Part shown: positions 42,696 to 53,515 of the stretch, piece after piece
Layout: each line of letters starts with the position of its first letter
Position numbering within the stretch: position 1 is the first letter of the stretch
From: Nitrospirota bacterium
GTDB lineage: Bacteria > Nitrospirota > UBA9217
Assembly (NCBI GenBank): GCA_963845065.1
Contig: CAWJQQ010000009.1
Coordinates: 768,001-832,000, forward strand
DNA length: 64,000 nucleotides
Reading direction: 5' to 3'
The notes under the pieces: model-generated
Database searches by the model: none
What the model was told of the DNA's origin: nothing
What the model saw: the letters and a program-made list of their open reading frames with translations, nothing else
Position numbers and translations under genes: made by a program

Positions 42696-42854
42696 ATGAA
42701 AATAATGAGACTGATGATAATCGGGTTTATGTTAGTCGTATCCAGCGGTTGTTTTTTTGTACCCGTGGACCATGACCATCGAGATCATGTAGAACATGAT
42801 CATGGAGATCGTGGAGAGCATGGAGATCATGGAGAGCATGGAGATTACCATTAA
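42696..42854 (+). CDS. 52-aa His/Asp/Glu-rich lipoprotein
   Basis: Signal peptide with SSGC lipobox, then 9 His in 28 residues, encoded by 9-bp CATGGAGA(G/T) repeats. Confidence 0.65.
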   Translation: MKIMRLMIIGFMLVVSSGCFFVPVDHDHRDHVEHDHGDRGEHGDHGEHGDYH

Positions 42855-43057
42855 AGTGCTGCCGGTTAGATAAAGTTCGATTAACGAAAATATGCGAGGA
42901 TACCCGTGTCTTGGACACGAGTTTAGATGACATCCTTGTCAGGAGTTAATAGGTATCTGGGGTCTACCCTGTAGAGCAAATATCTTCTTGCTGTGCTAAG
43001 GTGTCAGGCGTCTTAACATGGAGATCTTGACTCCGATGTTTAATCTCGTGCTAATAT

Positions 43058-43342
43058 GGTTGGCTTGGTTTCTGGCTGTTCTGAACATCTTGGCGTGAAG
43101 TTTGCTTTTCTTCTTTTTAATCGCTGTGCGCCATTTTTCAGACCGACGTATCGCAGCAAGACGTTTCAGCGCTTCGCCAAGGCAGGCATTATACAGATGG
43201 TGGCCAACCTCAAGCCGAATATCAAGTATTCGGTTGTCTGTGTTGGGCAATAGAGATGAACATTTGTCTGGCAATTGTCGAGAAGTTAAGTTCCCGCATT
43301 CATCCCCATGGTTAAAACCAGGGGCTTTCTGCGGGTGATTTG
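43058..43342 (-). pseudogene. tnpB: Left end and 5' fragment of a family-A tnpB element
   Basis: TTAC plus the same left-end hairpin; [13 protein letters not shown] fragment; promoter/start segment deleted; no right end. Confidence 0.85.
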
Positions 43343-43437
43343 GTAAATAGTTAACCTGATATTCATGCCTACATTCAGGACTCGACGCTTGAACCGGCAG
43401 TGAAGCTGAACTATGATGTTTCTGCTGTTATCATTAA

Positions 43438-45816
43438 CTATTGCACCTGCCTTATCGTATTATTTACTGTATCCGACACGAAAAGGTTTGTGCCGTCCGT
43501 AGTGACGCCTTCAGGCCAATTAAATCTTGCCGCAGCGCCTTTGCCATCTGTATAGCCTTTTGCTGAGCCTGCAATGGTGGTAACTTGCCCTGTTGCGATC
43601 ACGATTTGCCGTATTGTATTGTTTACAGTATCCGTTACGTAAAGGTTTGTGCCGTCTGTGGTGATGCCCCTGGGATTTTGAAATCTGGCCGCAGAGCCCA
43701 TGCCATCCGCCAAGCCCGCTATTCCCGGTCTGCCTGCAAGGGTAGTCACTTGCCCAGTTGTGATTACGATTTGTCTAATGGTATCGTTCCCACTGTCCGC
43801 CACGTAGAGATTTGCGCCGTCCGTGGTGATGCCATAGGGCCCATAAAATCGCGCCAGAGAACCTGTGCCATCTGTGGAAAGCGCCGATCCTGATGTGCCT
43901 GCTATGCCCGCAAGGGTGGTCACTTGCCCAGTTGCGATCACGATCTGCCGTATGGTATCGTTTCCACTGTCCGTCACATAGAGGTTTATACCATCCGTAG
44001 TGATGCCCAGGGGACTCCAAAAACTTGCCGCAGCGCCAGTGTAGTCCCCGGAGCCCTGTACTCCTGCTGTGCCCGCAAGTGTGCTCACCGTTCCCGTTGA
44101 GATTACGATCTGCCGGATGGTATTATTCCCAGAATCCGTCACGTAGAGGTTTGTTCCGTCCGTGGTGATGCCATTGGGCTCATAAAAGCTTGCCACAGTG
44201 CCTGCGCCGTCCGTGGAACCCACTGTTTCTACTGTGCCTGCAAGGGAGGTCACTTTCCCTGTTGCGATCACGATCTGCCGGACAGTATCGTTACTGGCAT
44301 CCGCCACGTAGAGGTTCGTGCCATCCGTGGCGATGCCCACGGGATTCCAAAAGTTTGCCGATGTACCTATGCCATCCGTGGAGCCTATATTCGCAGCTCC
44401 TGCAAGTGTGGTCACTTGTCCTGTTGTAATTAAAATCTTCCGGATGGTATCGTTCCCAGTATCCGTTACGTAGAGATATGTGCCATCCGTGGTTATGCCT
44501 TCAGGCCAATTAAATTTCGCTGTAGCGCCAGTGCCGTCCGTGGAACCTGCTGCCTCTGCTGTACCCGCAAGGGTGGTTACTTGGCCCGTTGCGATCACAA
44601 TTTGGCGGATCGTATCGTTATATGTATCCGTCACGTAGAGGTTTGTGCCGTTCGTGGTGATGCCCTTGGGATTTTGAAATCCTGCTGCAGCGCCTGTCCC
44701 GTCCGTAGAACCTGGTGTTTGTCCTGTGCCTGCAAGGATGGTCACTTGCCCAGTCGCAATCACAATCTGGCGGATCGTATCGTTATACATATCTGTCACG
44801 TAGAGGTTTTTACCATCCGTGGTGATGCCTTCAGGGGAATTAAAACTAGCCGAAAGACCTGTGCCGTTAATGGAACCAACTACTCCTGCTGCACCTGCAA
44901 GGGTCGTAACTTGGCCTGTTGCGATCACGATCTGCCGGACGGTATTGTTCCCAGCATCCGCCACGTAGAGGTTTGTCCCGTCCGTGGTGATTCCTGATGG
45001 AGAATTAAAGCTCGCCGTCGAGCCTATGCCATCCGTGGAACCCGCTACTCCTGCTGTGCCTGCGAGGGTGGTAACTTGCCCTGTTGCGATCACGATTTGT
45101 CGGATGGTATTGTTCCCAGCATCCGCTATGTAGAGGTTTGCCCCGTACGTGATGATGCCAATGGGCCCAGAAAAGCTCGCCGCTGCGCCTATGCCGTCCG
45201 TGGAACCTGTTACTCCTGGTGAGCCTGCAAGGGTGGTAACTTGCCCCGTTGCGATCGCGATTTGCCGGATGGTATTGTTCCCGGTATCAGCCACGTAGAG
45301 ATTTGTACTGTCCGTGGTTATGCTTACGGGCATCCAAAATCGAGCGTTAGCGCCGATTGCGTCGATGGAACCTGGTGCCACACCCGCAAAGGTGGAAAGA
45401 TTTTCTGCGAGGACGAGTTTACTGCCCTGTACAGCCCCGCCTGTCAGGTGCGGATAAACTGAAATTGTCAATACGGTCGAAGCGCTTACATTCGTTGCAG
45501 AATCCGTGGCCGTGATTATTGTAGAACCAGTCCCTACTGAGGTAACCCGACCCTGAAAGTTAAATGTATTGCTTATCGTGGCAACGCTGGTATTGGAAGA
45601 ACTCCACGTTACGGACGCGGTCACGTCACCGGTCGTTGCGTTCGCGTAGGTCCCCATTGCGATAAACTGCTGGGGCATTCCCAATGCGATGGTCTGCTGT
45701 ACCGGCGTAACGCTGATTGAAACCAGCGTCGGGCCAGACGAGCGGTGCCCCATGCATGCCGCGAACGATACGGCAAGAAATATAATCGCTATTGCCATCC
45801 TGAATGCATACTTCAT
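43438..45816 (-). CDS. Lipoprotein with Ig-like (Big_2-like) domain and 12 NHL-type repeats
   Basis: FAAC lipobox; VTWSSSNTSVATI Ig motif; 12 repeats of about 55 aa containing GITTDGTNLYVxD. Confidence 0.9.
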   Translation of the reverse strand: MKYAFRMAIAIIFLAVSFAACMGHRSSGPTLVSISVTPVQQTIALGMPQQFIAMGTYANATTGDVTASVTWSSSNTSVATISNTFNFQGRVTSVGTGSTIITATDSATNVSASTVLTISVYPHLTGGAVQGSKLVLAENLSTFAGVAPGSIDAIGANARFWMPVSITTDSTNLYVADTGNNTIRQIAIATGQVTTLAGSPGVTGSTDGIGAAASFSGPIGIITYGANLYIADAGNNTIRQIVIATGQVTTLAGTAGVAGSTDGIGSTASFNSPSGITTDGTNLYVADAGNNTVRQIVIATGQVTTLAGAAGVVGSINGTGLSASFNSPEGITTDGKNLYVTDMYNDTIRQIVIATGQVTILAGTGQTPGSTDGTGAAAGFQNPKGITTNGTNLYVTDTYNDTIRQIVIATGQVTTLAGTAEAAGSTDGTGATAKFNWPEGITTDGTYLYVTDTGNDTIRKILITTGQVTTLAGAANIGSTDGIGTSANFWNPVGIATDGTNLYVADASNDTVRQIVIATGKVTSLAGTVETVGSTDGAGTVASFYEPNGITTDGTNLYVTDSGNNTIRQIVISTGTVSTLAGTAGVQGSGDYTGAAASFWSPLGITTDGINLYVTDSGNDTIRQIVIATGQVTTLAGIAGTSGSALSTDGTGSLARFYGPYGITTDGANLYVADSGNDTIRQIVITTGQVTTLAGRPGIAGLADGMGSAARFQNPRGITTDGTNLYVTDTVNNTIRQIVIATGQVTTIAGSAKGYTDGKGAAARFNWPEGVTTDGTNLFVSDTVNNTIRQVQ

Positions 45817-46329
45817 ATCAACCTCTCTTTTAAAGAGCTGGCACACCTCTTCACTGTCGGTGATGTCCTAATCAGTAATCCTGCGTAGTGTCTTATTCTA
45901 TCCCAACTTGACATCATTCGCATCTCCTTCATGATCCTCTTCGACTGAATCCAGTCAATTCCCATCCGGTACACAGTCAAATCAGAAACTTATACACGTC
46001 TTTAACACCTTTCACAATCGGTACATTGGTTTTCTGATTTATCGATTAATGTGCCAATGAAATCATCGGAGGGATAACAAGGACTTTGCTGATCCTTCCC
46101 AATCTATTCCACTATGCCAGTGATTTCGTTCTTTATATCTTTGCCTTTGCAGATTCTCGATATTTAGCTTTCCATACTGGCGAGAATAGCAAATGGCATA
46201 TTATTGCTAAACGGGAGGCCAGTCAAGAATTTATTGCGATTGATAGCACGAATACGAGATGAAATATGTACATAGTCTAAACGTATGCACGATGCATGCT
46301 TCAGCCAACTATGTGCTCGCCAATGATGC

Positions 46330-47346
46330 AGGGTAACGCTGTCGATGAGATAGCATGGCCAAAAGGATCCGGATGAGCTTGTGCATCGTTGCCACAACTG
46401 ACTTCTTAAAGGCTAACCCAGATTGTTTCTTCTTTTGTTAAGACGCTCGGATGTTATTATTGAGGATAGCCTCACCGTCATGAACCAGATCTCACGTTGA
46501 AGATGCTTGTACCCTCGTTTCGAGATATTACTCTTCCCACCGTATTTGACGGTGATATACCGTTGGTTCAATTCCTGCGGGCAATCAGGTGCTTGGCATC
46601 TCGTAATTCTCGATTTTTACCTGCCTCGCCTGGAAAAGTGGCCCCGGATTCATTACTGATGCCTTGTACGGATGTTACGATCTGCAGATATCCCACCGTC
46701 AGGGAATTACAGCAGCCTGTGAGCATTGCCATTAGCGCGTCTCGCCGGTCTTCCAGATGGAGCAGCATCAATATCTTGCCCCGCAGGAAGATTTATTTGG
46801 ACAGGCTGACTATACCCACCGAGTTTTTGGATAGATTGATGATATCGTTCACTGAGCCGCGCGGCTTTCTGGTTTTTGCTATTAATGCGTCTGGGCCAAA
46901 TTGCTCAAGCTTGCCGAGGGGAACTCCTTTAGAAATTTAAGCATGATGCATGAATAGATTGCTACAGAGGCGCTCGAGCTCAGGGTAGATTGTCTGCAAG
47001 ACCAGCTTGGTCTCAGTCACCGCGGCTAGTATATCATAGCTTTTATCCTCTGACTCCTCTTTTTTTCGTTATCCGGTAAGGAGATATAGCAGCTAATCTT
47101 GTTGATACGCTTAAGGTGTAAGTCGTTGCTGTTGGAATCTATGGACTTTAGGTTGTGGTGGATGTCAACCTTGGAAATGCCCAGGCCAACGAATCGATAC
47201 ACCTGAGAACGGCGAATCTCTTTCTTAAATTGACAAAACTCACCAAGCCTGATACCATCTACCTTATTATCCATACGAAACCTCCTGTTAAAAGAAATGA
47301 GTTCCCTATATGAACACATTCTTAGCAGGAGGTTTCTATTTTGGAT
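46330..47346 (-). pseudogene. Heavily degraded IS110 recombinase relic(s)
   Basis: Fragments EFCQFKKEIR..VGLGISK, LQTIYPELE, SNISKRG and HKLIRILLAML; leader shares 29 identical bp with 28847-28875. Confidence 0.7.
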
Positions 47347-47436
47347 TGATTATAAATAATTATATTTCAGCTATACTGATTTATTTATCTATTCCTTTAA
47401 TAATATATGACGAATTCTCTTGCAAGGAGTTGCATT

Positions 47437-48753
47437 ATGAGGAGATTGGTGAGCGCATCAGTGGTAGTTTTAATACTGGCAGCAATGCTGTCGGCATGCG
47501 GTAGATCAGGAGGTAGCATCGCGGGTACTTTTACTGTAACCTATAACGGCAACGACAATACCGGCGGCAGCGTCCCTATTGATCCGACCATCTACGTGCC
47601 GGGGCAGACCGTCACCGTGCTCGGCAATACAGGCAACCTTGTAAATACAGGCTATTCCTTTGTGGGCTGGAACAGGCTGGTTAACGGAGCCGGAGCGAAC
47701 TATACACAGGGACAGAATTTCACGATAGGTGCGGCAAATGTTACCTTGTACGCGAATTGGCTCGCTGGTTTTGCATATGTGGCCAACTACGATAACAACA
47801 ACGTCTCGCAGTACATGATCGGCATGAATGGGGTGCTCACACCCATAAGTCCTGCCACTGTCGCGGCGGGGACGAATCCCTCATCCGTCACGGTAGACCC
47901 CTCGGGCACGTATGCTTATGTGGCAAACTTTGGAGACAATACTGTATCGCAGTACACAATCGGCGTGAATGGGGTGCTCATACCCATGAGCCCGGCCACG
48001 GTTGCTGCGGGGACGAATCCCTCATCCGTCACAGTAGACCCCTCAGACAAGTACGCCTACGTGGCAAACTCTGGGGATAATACTGTATCGCAATACACAA
48101 TCGGTGTGAATGGGGTGCTCACACTCATGAGCCCGGCCACGGTCGCAGCGGGGACGGATCCCTCATCCGTCACGGTAGACCCCTCAGACAAGTACGCCTA
48201 CGTGGCGAACAACGAAAGCAACACTGTATCGCAGTACACTATTGCTGCGAACGGGGTTCTCACACCCATGAGCCCGGCCACGGTCGCGGCGGGGACATTT
48301 CCCATTTCTGTCACGGTCGACCCTTCGGGCAAGTACGCCTACGTGGCGAACTTGTTAGACAGCACTGTCTCGCAGTATACAATCGGCGCGAATGGAACGC
48401 TTACACCGATGAGCTCGGCCACGGTCGCAGCGGGGACGGATCCTTCCTCCGTCACGGTAGACCCCTCAGACAAGTACGTTTATGTGGCGAACTACGACGG
48501 CACTGTCTCGCAGTATACGATCAACGCGAATGGGGTGCTCAATCCCATGAGCACACCTATGGTCGCGGCGGGGTTGGGTCCCTACTCCGTCACAGTCGAC
48601 CCCTCAGGTAGGTTCGCCTACGTGGCGAACGCAGTCAGCAGCAACGTCTCGATGTACATGATCGGTGCAAATGGGGCGCTCATACTCATAAGCCCAGCAA
48701 CGGTCGCTGCGGGGACGGGTCCCTACTCCGTCACCACCGTAGGCAGGCAATAG
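47437..48753 (+). CDS. Lipoprotein with InlB B-repeat-like domain and 7-bladed lactonase-like beta-propeller
   Basis: LSAC lipobox; TVTYNGN..GYSFVGWN..VTLYANW; seven repeats of about 47 aa (141 bp) containing YAYVAN..SVTVDPS. Confidence 0.88.
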   Translation: MRRLVSASVVVLILAAMLSACGRSGGSIAGTFTVTYNGNDNTGGSVPIDPTIYVPGQTVTVLGNTGNLVNTGYSFVGWNRLVNGAGANYTQGQNFTIGAANVTLYANWLAGFAYVANYDNNNVSQYMIGMNGVLTPISPATVAAGTNPSSVTVDPSGTYAYVANFGDNTVSQYTIGVNGVLIPMSPATVAAGTNPSSVTVDPSDKYAYVANSGDNTVSQYTIGVNGVLTLMSPATVAAGTDPSSVTVDPSDKYAYVANNESNTVSQYTIAANGVLTPMSPATVAAGTFPISVTVDPSGKYAYVANLLDSTVSQYTIGANGTLTPMSSATVAAGTDPSSVTVDPSDKYVYVANYDGTVSQYTINANGVLNPMSTPMVAAGLGPYSVTVDPSGRFAYVANAVSSNVSMYMIGANGALILISPATVAAGTGPYSVTTVGRQ

Positions 48754-48859
48754 ACAACGCATGGCCCGGCTGGCGTTCTGTGGCGTCGGGGCCACTAGAC
48801 AAACTTCGGGGTATTTGGGAGCAAGGCCTGTTCTCTTTTTGTCGGGTTCTTTCCCTGTG

Positions 48860-49110
48860 GAATATTTGTCCCGGGTGAAGACTGCTAATTCGTTTTTAAA
48901 ATATTGCTGTTGCCAGGGATAGAAGATCTGCTGCTGTAACTTGTACTTATCACACTCAAGCCTGAGGCCGACACCCGTTTGACCAGGTATCGTAAGATGG
49001 ATCAAAATCTTCTTCTCGGGTGTGTAATTGAAATACTTTTTGCGCATGGATTCTCTCCCTTTCGAAATAGTGGTGTATATCAAATCGGCTAAAAGTCCAA
49101 TTCACCCTGA
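48860..49110 (-). pseudogene. IS3-family OrfA relic
   Basis: MRKKYFNYTPEKK..CDKYKLQQQIFYPWQQQYF resembles an IS3 OrfA HTH. Confidence 0.5.
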
Positions 49111-49554
49111 GCTAACAGATTGTTTGGTCAAACTTATCACTGCCCTGGCTCAATCCAGCCAACTACGTTTATTTTCGACAGAGTAAGAATAAGTGGTCTT
49201 AAAAATTAACGTTTCGTAGGTTGGGTAAAACTATGCGAAACCCGACAGTATAAACCTGACTCTTTAGGTCGTGTGGTTACTGGAAAGGGCGAAGTCGAGG
49301 ATGTTGCAACAAGCAACAATGGGTTGAATCTATCCTGCAAGCATCGGTATCAAATCCGATAGACACCGGAAGTGGTCAGCTATCTTTCCTAGCGGCAACA
49401 CCAGCGAACTTTTTTGCCACGGAAGTGCGGTTGCCAATCTCGCCATATAACGATGAGATGCATACGTACCAAAACAAAAAGATGTTTGGAACTGATATCT
49501 TCGCCATGCCTCAGTGAAAGAAATTGAATCCCTGTGGTGACAGAATCTATGTAT

Positions 49555-50310
49555 TTATCGCACAAAATAGACGAAGGCGACTATAAGGCCTATCGCAATT
49601 ACGATCCTTCGTAGGACGATGGGTTTTATCCTCCCGGCGAGACGACCGCCGAGCGTCCCTCCACCAAGGGCGCCGATCGCCATGGCAAGTGCTGCTAGCC
49701 AATAAACCTGACCGGAGAAAAGGAAGAATACAGCAGCGGCGATATTAATGCTGAACGAGATGGCTTGTTTCAAGGCGTTCAGACGGTTAAGGGAATCTTC
49801 GATCACTAGCCCGATAACAGCCAAGACCATGATGCTCACTCCCGCTCCGAAATAACCGCCGTAAATTGATGCGGGGATCACGGGTAAGATTGCCCATGCC
49901 GCGCTCAAATGCTTTCCTCCCGGATTGCTTTTACGACCCATGACCCAAGTTCGTAACCGATCCTGAAAGGCCAGCAGAATTACAGCAAACAATATAAGGT
50001 AGGGTATCAATTTCTGAAACGTCTTATCACTCGTATGCAAGAGCAGGATGCCACCTGCAATTCCTCCGAGCAGGCCCGTAGGCAGGAGGTATAAGAGCGT
50101 CCTCTTCTGATTGCGCAGGTCCTTCATTTGGGCGAGGGTCGCGCCGAGATAACCAGGGCAAAGCGCAACCGTGTTGGTCACATTCGCAGCAACAGGTGGG
50201 ATACCGACCGCAGTTAGCATTGGGAAGGTGATGAGCGTACCGCCGCCGGCCAGCGCGTTTACAAGCCCGCCTGCAATAGCAGCTAGTTCTATCATTGTGA
50301 ATTCGAACAT
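49555..50310 (-). CDS. Sulfite exporter TauE/SafE (TSUP) family membrane protein
   Basis: [21 protein letters not shown] and NALK motifs; many TM helices. Confidence 0.9.
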   Translation of the reverse strand: MFEFTMIELAAIAGGLVNALAGGGTLITFPMLTAVGIPPVAANVTNTVALCPGYLGATLAQMKDLRNQKRTLLYLLPTGLLGGIAGGILLLHTSDKTFQKLIPYLILFAVILLAFQDRLRTWVMGRKSNPGGKHLSAAWAILPVIPASIYGGYFGAGVSIMVLAVIGLVIEDSLNRLNALKQAISFSINIAAAVFFLFSGQVYWLAALAMAIGALGGGTLGGRLAGRIKPIVLRRIVIAIGLIVAFVYFVR

Positions 50311-50352
50311 GTCCACGTCGTACAAACCTCTTTTCGTTGTATAACTAGCGGC

Positions 50353-52016
50353 CTGACCACTCCCCATGTCTAAAGCCAGGGGGTTCTAGCGGCTGTACCG
50401 ACAGGCTCTCCGGCAACAATACGAACGTTGTCGGCCTCGACTGTCGTTGATCCGCCTTTAACGGACGAGCAGCTCTGTCTCCGGTTCGTGGTGTTCTCGT
50501 GCTTGATACCGAAGCTGGTTGGATGAATTCGACCCTTTGCCGCTTCATGCTGCACCCCCAACACCGCCCGTTCCAGGAGCAGGTTTGCACCCGGCCAGGC
50601 TTTGGCAGCCTGACGCGTGTCGAGGACATCGTTAGAAACATGCTTTGCAAGGAATGCGGAATAGAGATCACGCTGGGTGCTTACCCCGCAGTTGCAGGCA
50701 TGCCATCTTTGGGACAATGATTTTTTGGCTACTGTTCCGCAATGGCATGTCTGGGAAAGCTTTGTGCTCCGGGTAGAAAACTCGGTTACTTTACCGCCAG
50801 CGTTTTCGGCTTTGTGGTGAAGCATCAACATAAACATCCCCGGAGCTCGTCGCGAAATACTCTTACCATAGAGTTTCTGAAATGCTTTGTACGACAGTTT
50901 CTCGGTTTTGATGTCGGTACCGAGAGTGAGGACTTTGTTCACGAGCTTGCCATGAGACCGTTTTCTGGTTTCAGCAAGGATTCTTTGAAGTTCGGCGAGC
51001 TTAGCTTTAAGAACACGGTATTGAGCAGAAAAGACCCACTGTTTTTTACCCGTTTTGATGGTTTTGTCTCCGTTGTAGTTGCCCGGGTTGGTAGCACGAA
51101 GGCTTCTGGCCATTTTGCGCTGGACGGTCTTGATACGTTTAAACGGTATCTCGACTTCAGGGCAGAATTCGAGTAGTAACGCATCGGTATCACCAACGAT
51201 GGCAACTGTCGACGGGCCAATGTCAAGGCCAACGGTTTCGGTGCCAATCTGGTTCTCACGCTTGATCTTGGCCGTGCCTTTAAGCACAAGTTGGGCAAAC
51301 CAGCGGGGATTGCCGCGGATAGTTTTCTTGACCAGACGAACGTACTTGACATCATGGCTAAGTGCATGAGCCTGAACGCCAAACTTGTCTTTCTTGTCGA
51401 AGACACAGTTGAGACGAAGGCCAGTCCACTCCACATGGTCATCGCACCACCGAATACCAGATTTGTTGTTTTTACCTTCAAGGGACGACATCCAGCCATG
51501 GCGCTTGAAACGTGGTTTGCCATGCTTCCCAAACTCGTAGTCAGCGACGGCGCTATATGCTCGAGATGCTATCTTCTGGGCGGTCAGGCTGTCAATATGG
51601 TCTCCGATCCAGCAGGAATTGCGGAGGATACCGACGTAGTTATGAAGGTGGTATTCAGTATATTCAGCCTGGGTTCTGGCTGTCTTAAACATCTTGGTGC
51701 GAAGCTTGCTTTTCTTCTTCGTGATCGCCACGAGCCATTTTTCTGATCGCCGCATGGCAGTAAGACGCTTCATCGCTTCACCAAGGCAGGCATTGTACAG
51801 ATAACGGCCAGCTTCGAGCCGGGCATCGAGCATTCGATTGTCCTTTGGAGTCGCTACGAGTTGAAACTCGTGGGTAAAAGATGGGGTTTTAGGTTTATTC
51901 GGCATTGGTTGTTTAAATATACCACATAGATGTACATTTGTCTTCTAATTGCCGGAAAACAAAGTTCCCGCATTCATCCCCATGGTTAAAACCAGGGGCT
52001 TTCTGCGGATAGTTTG
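50353..52016 (-). mobile_element. Solo-tnpB IS200/IS605 element, family A (second intact copy)
   Basis: TTAC target (52017-52020, minus strand), left-end hairpin, right end GAAC-hairpin-TCAG. Confidence 0.9.
50370..51905 (-). CDS. tnpB: RNA-guided endonuclease TnpB (511 aa)
   Basis: GLDIG, KTEKL and QRDLY RuvC residues intact; close paralog of 20155-21708. Confidence 0.9.
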   Translation of the reverse strand: MPNKPKTPSFTHEFQLVATPKDNRMLDARLEAGRYLYNACLGEAMKRLTAMRRSEKWLVAITKKKSKLRTKMFKTARTQAEYTEYHLHNYVGILRNSCWIGDHIDSLTAQKIASRAYSAVADYEFGKHGKPRFKRHGWMSSLEGKNNKSGIRWCDDHVEWTGLRLNCVFDKKDKFGVQAHALSHDVKYVRLVKKTIRGNPRWFAQLVLKGTAKIKRENQIGTETVGLDIGPSTVAIVGDTDALLLEFCPEVEIPFKRIKTVQRKMARSLRATNPGNYNGDKTIKTGKKQWVFSAQYRVLKAKLAELQRILAETRKRSHGKLVNKVLTLGTDIKTEKLSYKAFQKLYGKSISRRAPGMFMLMLHHKAENAGGKVTEFSTRSTKLSQTCHCGTVAKKSLSQRWHACNCGVSTQRDLYSAFLAKHVSNDVLDTRQAAKAWPGANLLLERAVLGVQHEAAKGRIHPTSFGIKHENTTNRRQSCSSVKGGSTTVEADNVRIVAGEPVGTAARTPWL

Positions 52017-52318
52017 GTAAATTAAAACTGACTTAACCTATTGATATAACAATGCATGGTTAATGGAATTATCGCAACTTGTTAGTCTATCGGCGATGTG
52101 TTACTCCCGTCAGTAAATCCGAATTCATTGATCGAAGCTTTTGCAATCTCCAAACCCTGTATTTATCCATGACGATAGGATAAACAAACGAACATTGATT
52201 TATTAAATTCGAGTCGAAATCTGAAATATTTTTGAAGAATGAATGCTTCAACGACTTCAGGAAACAAGTCTTGGGACTCAAAGTGATACATTAATACAGC
52301 CACTCAAATTATTATGAG

Positions 52319-53317
52319 CTATTTTGATCGAAGGTTTTTAATGGCACGTTCTGCCCATGTGCTATCTTGAAGGATAGCTCTTCCTACTCCAATCAGGTCT
52401 GCTTTCTTCTCTACCAATAATTTCTCTGCAGCTTCAACATCGGTAATCCCACCGGTAAGGATCACGGGAATGGAAGCAGTCCGCTTTATGGCCTCGCTGA
52501 GGGGAGCAAAATAACCTTGCCCCATAAGACCTGGAGGAGTATATCCGACAAATCCACCTGAAATATGAATTATATCCACACCTGTCTTTTCAAATGCCTG
52601 GGCGGCTATAATGCTGTCTTCAATTGTAGTGCCGCCTTTTGTATAATCCGAAGCCCCTAACCGCATTTGAATTGGGAAATCCGACCCGACTGCCGAGCGT
52701 ATTGCCCGGATTACCTGGAGGTGAATACGAATGCGGTTGGAAATATCTCCACCGTATTCGTCTGTCCGTTTGTTTGTCAGGGGCGAAAAGAACTGATTGA
52801 GAAGGTAACCATGAGCGGAATGTATTTCCACGGCGTCAAAGCCTGAGTCCCTGACTCTGCAGCTAGCATCTTTAAAGGCATTCACCATATCGGCGATTTC
52901 CTTCTGAGTGATCTCGCGGGGGATGTCGCCTCGCCTCGGGTTCGCTATTGCTGAAGGCGCCAGGGGTGTCGTTCCGGTGACCTCTTTTAGTGCCGCACTT
53001 CCTGCGTGGTTGATCTGAATTGCAGCCTTTGATCCATTTCGGTGAATGACATCAGCTAATTTCCGCAAACCAGGGATCACTACGTCATTCGAAACAGAAA
53101 TCTGATTATTACTTGCCTTTCCTTCAGAAGCTATGTAGCTGTGTTCAATGATAATCAATGAAATATAGCCGCCACGGGACTTTTCGTCGTAATAGTCGAG
53201 AAGCGCATGGCTTACTTTCCCGTCAGGCTCGGCTTTTGCTGTAGCCATCGGTGGCATTACCAGCCGATTTGCTAAGTTCATTGAACGCACTTTTAAAGGT
53301 TTGAGTAGATATGCCAT
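52319..53317 (-). CDS. NADH:flavin oxidoreductase (Old Yellow Enzyme family)
   Basis: NRLVMPPM, QINHAG, EIHSAHGYLL and NKRTDEYGG motifs. Confidence 0.93.
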   Translation of the reverse strand: MAYLLKPLKVRSMNLANRLVMPPMATAKAEPDGKVSHALLDYYDEKSRGGYISLIIIEHSYIASEGKASNNQISVSNDVVIPGLRKLADVIHRNGSKAAIQINHAGSAALKEVTGTTPLAPSAIANPRRGDIPREITQKEIADMVNAFKDASCRVRDSGFDAVEIHSAHGYLLNQFFSPLTNKRTDEYGGDISNRIRIHLQVIRAIRSAVGSDFPIQMRLGASDYTKGGTTIEDSIIAAQAFEKTGVDIIHISGGFVGYTPPGLMGQGYFAPLSEAIKRTASIPVILTGGITDVEAAEKLLVEKKADLIGVGRAILQDSTWAERAIKNLRSK

Positions 53318-53515
53318 AGATTAATTAGCCTCCAGGCAGAACCGCCCAGTTGTGTATTTAAGTCCCAGTTTTTCAACTTTTTGCTACTAAAGCACAGTGC
53401 TGTGTCGTTGTCCAGTGCGCCAAAGACAAGTGTTAAGAAAAATATTAGCCATACAATTAAAAAAGGCCAACTAGGGGTGGGCCGATGCCCCTTTGTCGGT
53501 TGATGCCGTATCTAG

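Noticed and set aside
43438..48753. CRISPR array or diversity-generating retroelement behind the DNA repeats
   Set aside because: The repeats are in-frame coding blades; I saw no reverse transcriptase or non-coding template repeat in the window.
49214..49250. REP-like GTAG palindrome
   Set aside because: A single degenerate copy; no cluster or RAYT gene in the window.
50370..51905. Nuclease-dead TnpB repressor (TldR-like)
   Set aside because: All three RuvC acidic residues are present and the transposon ends are intact.
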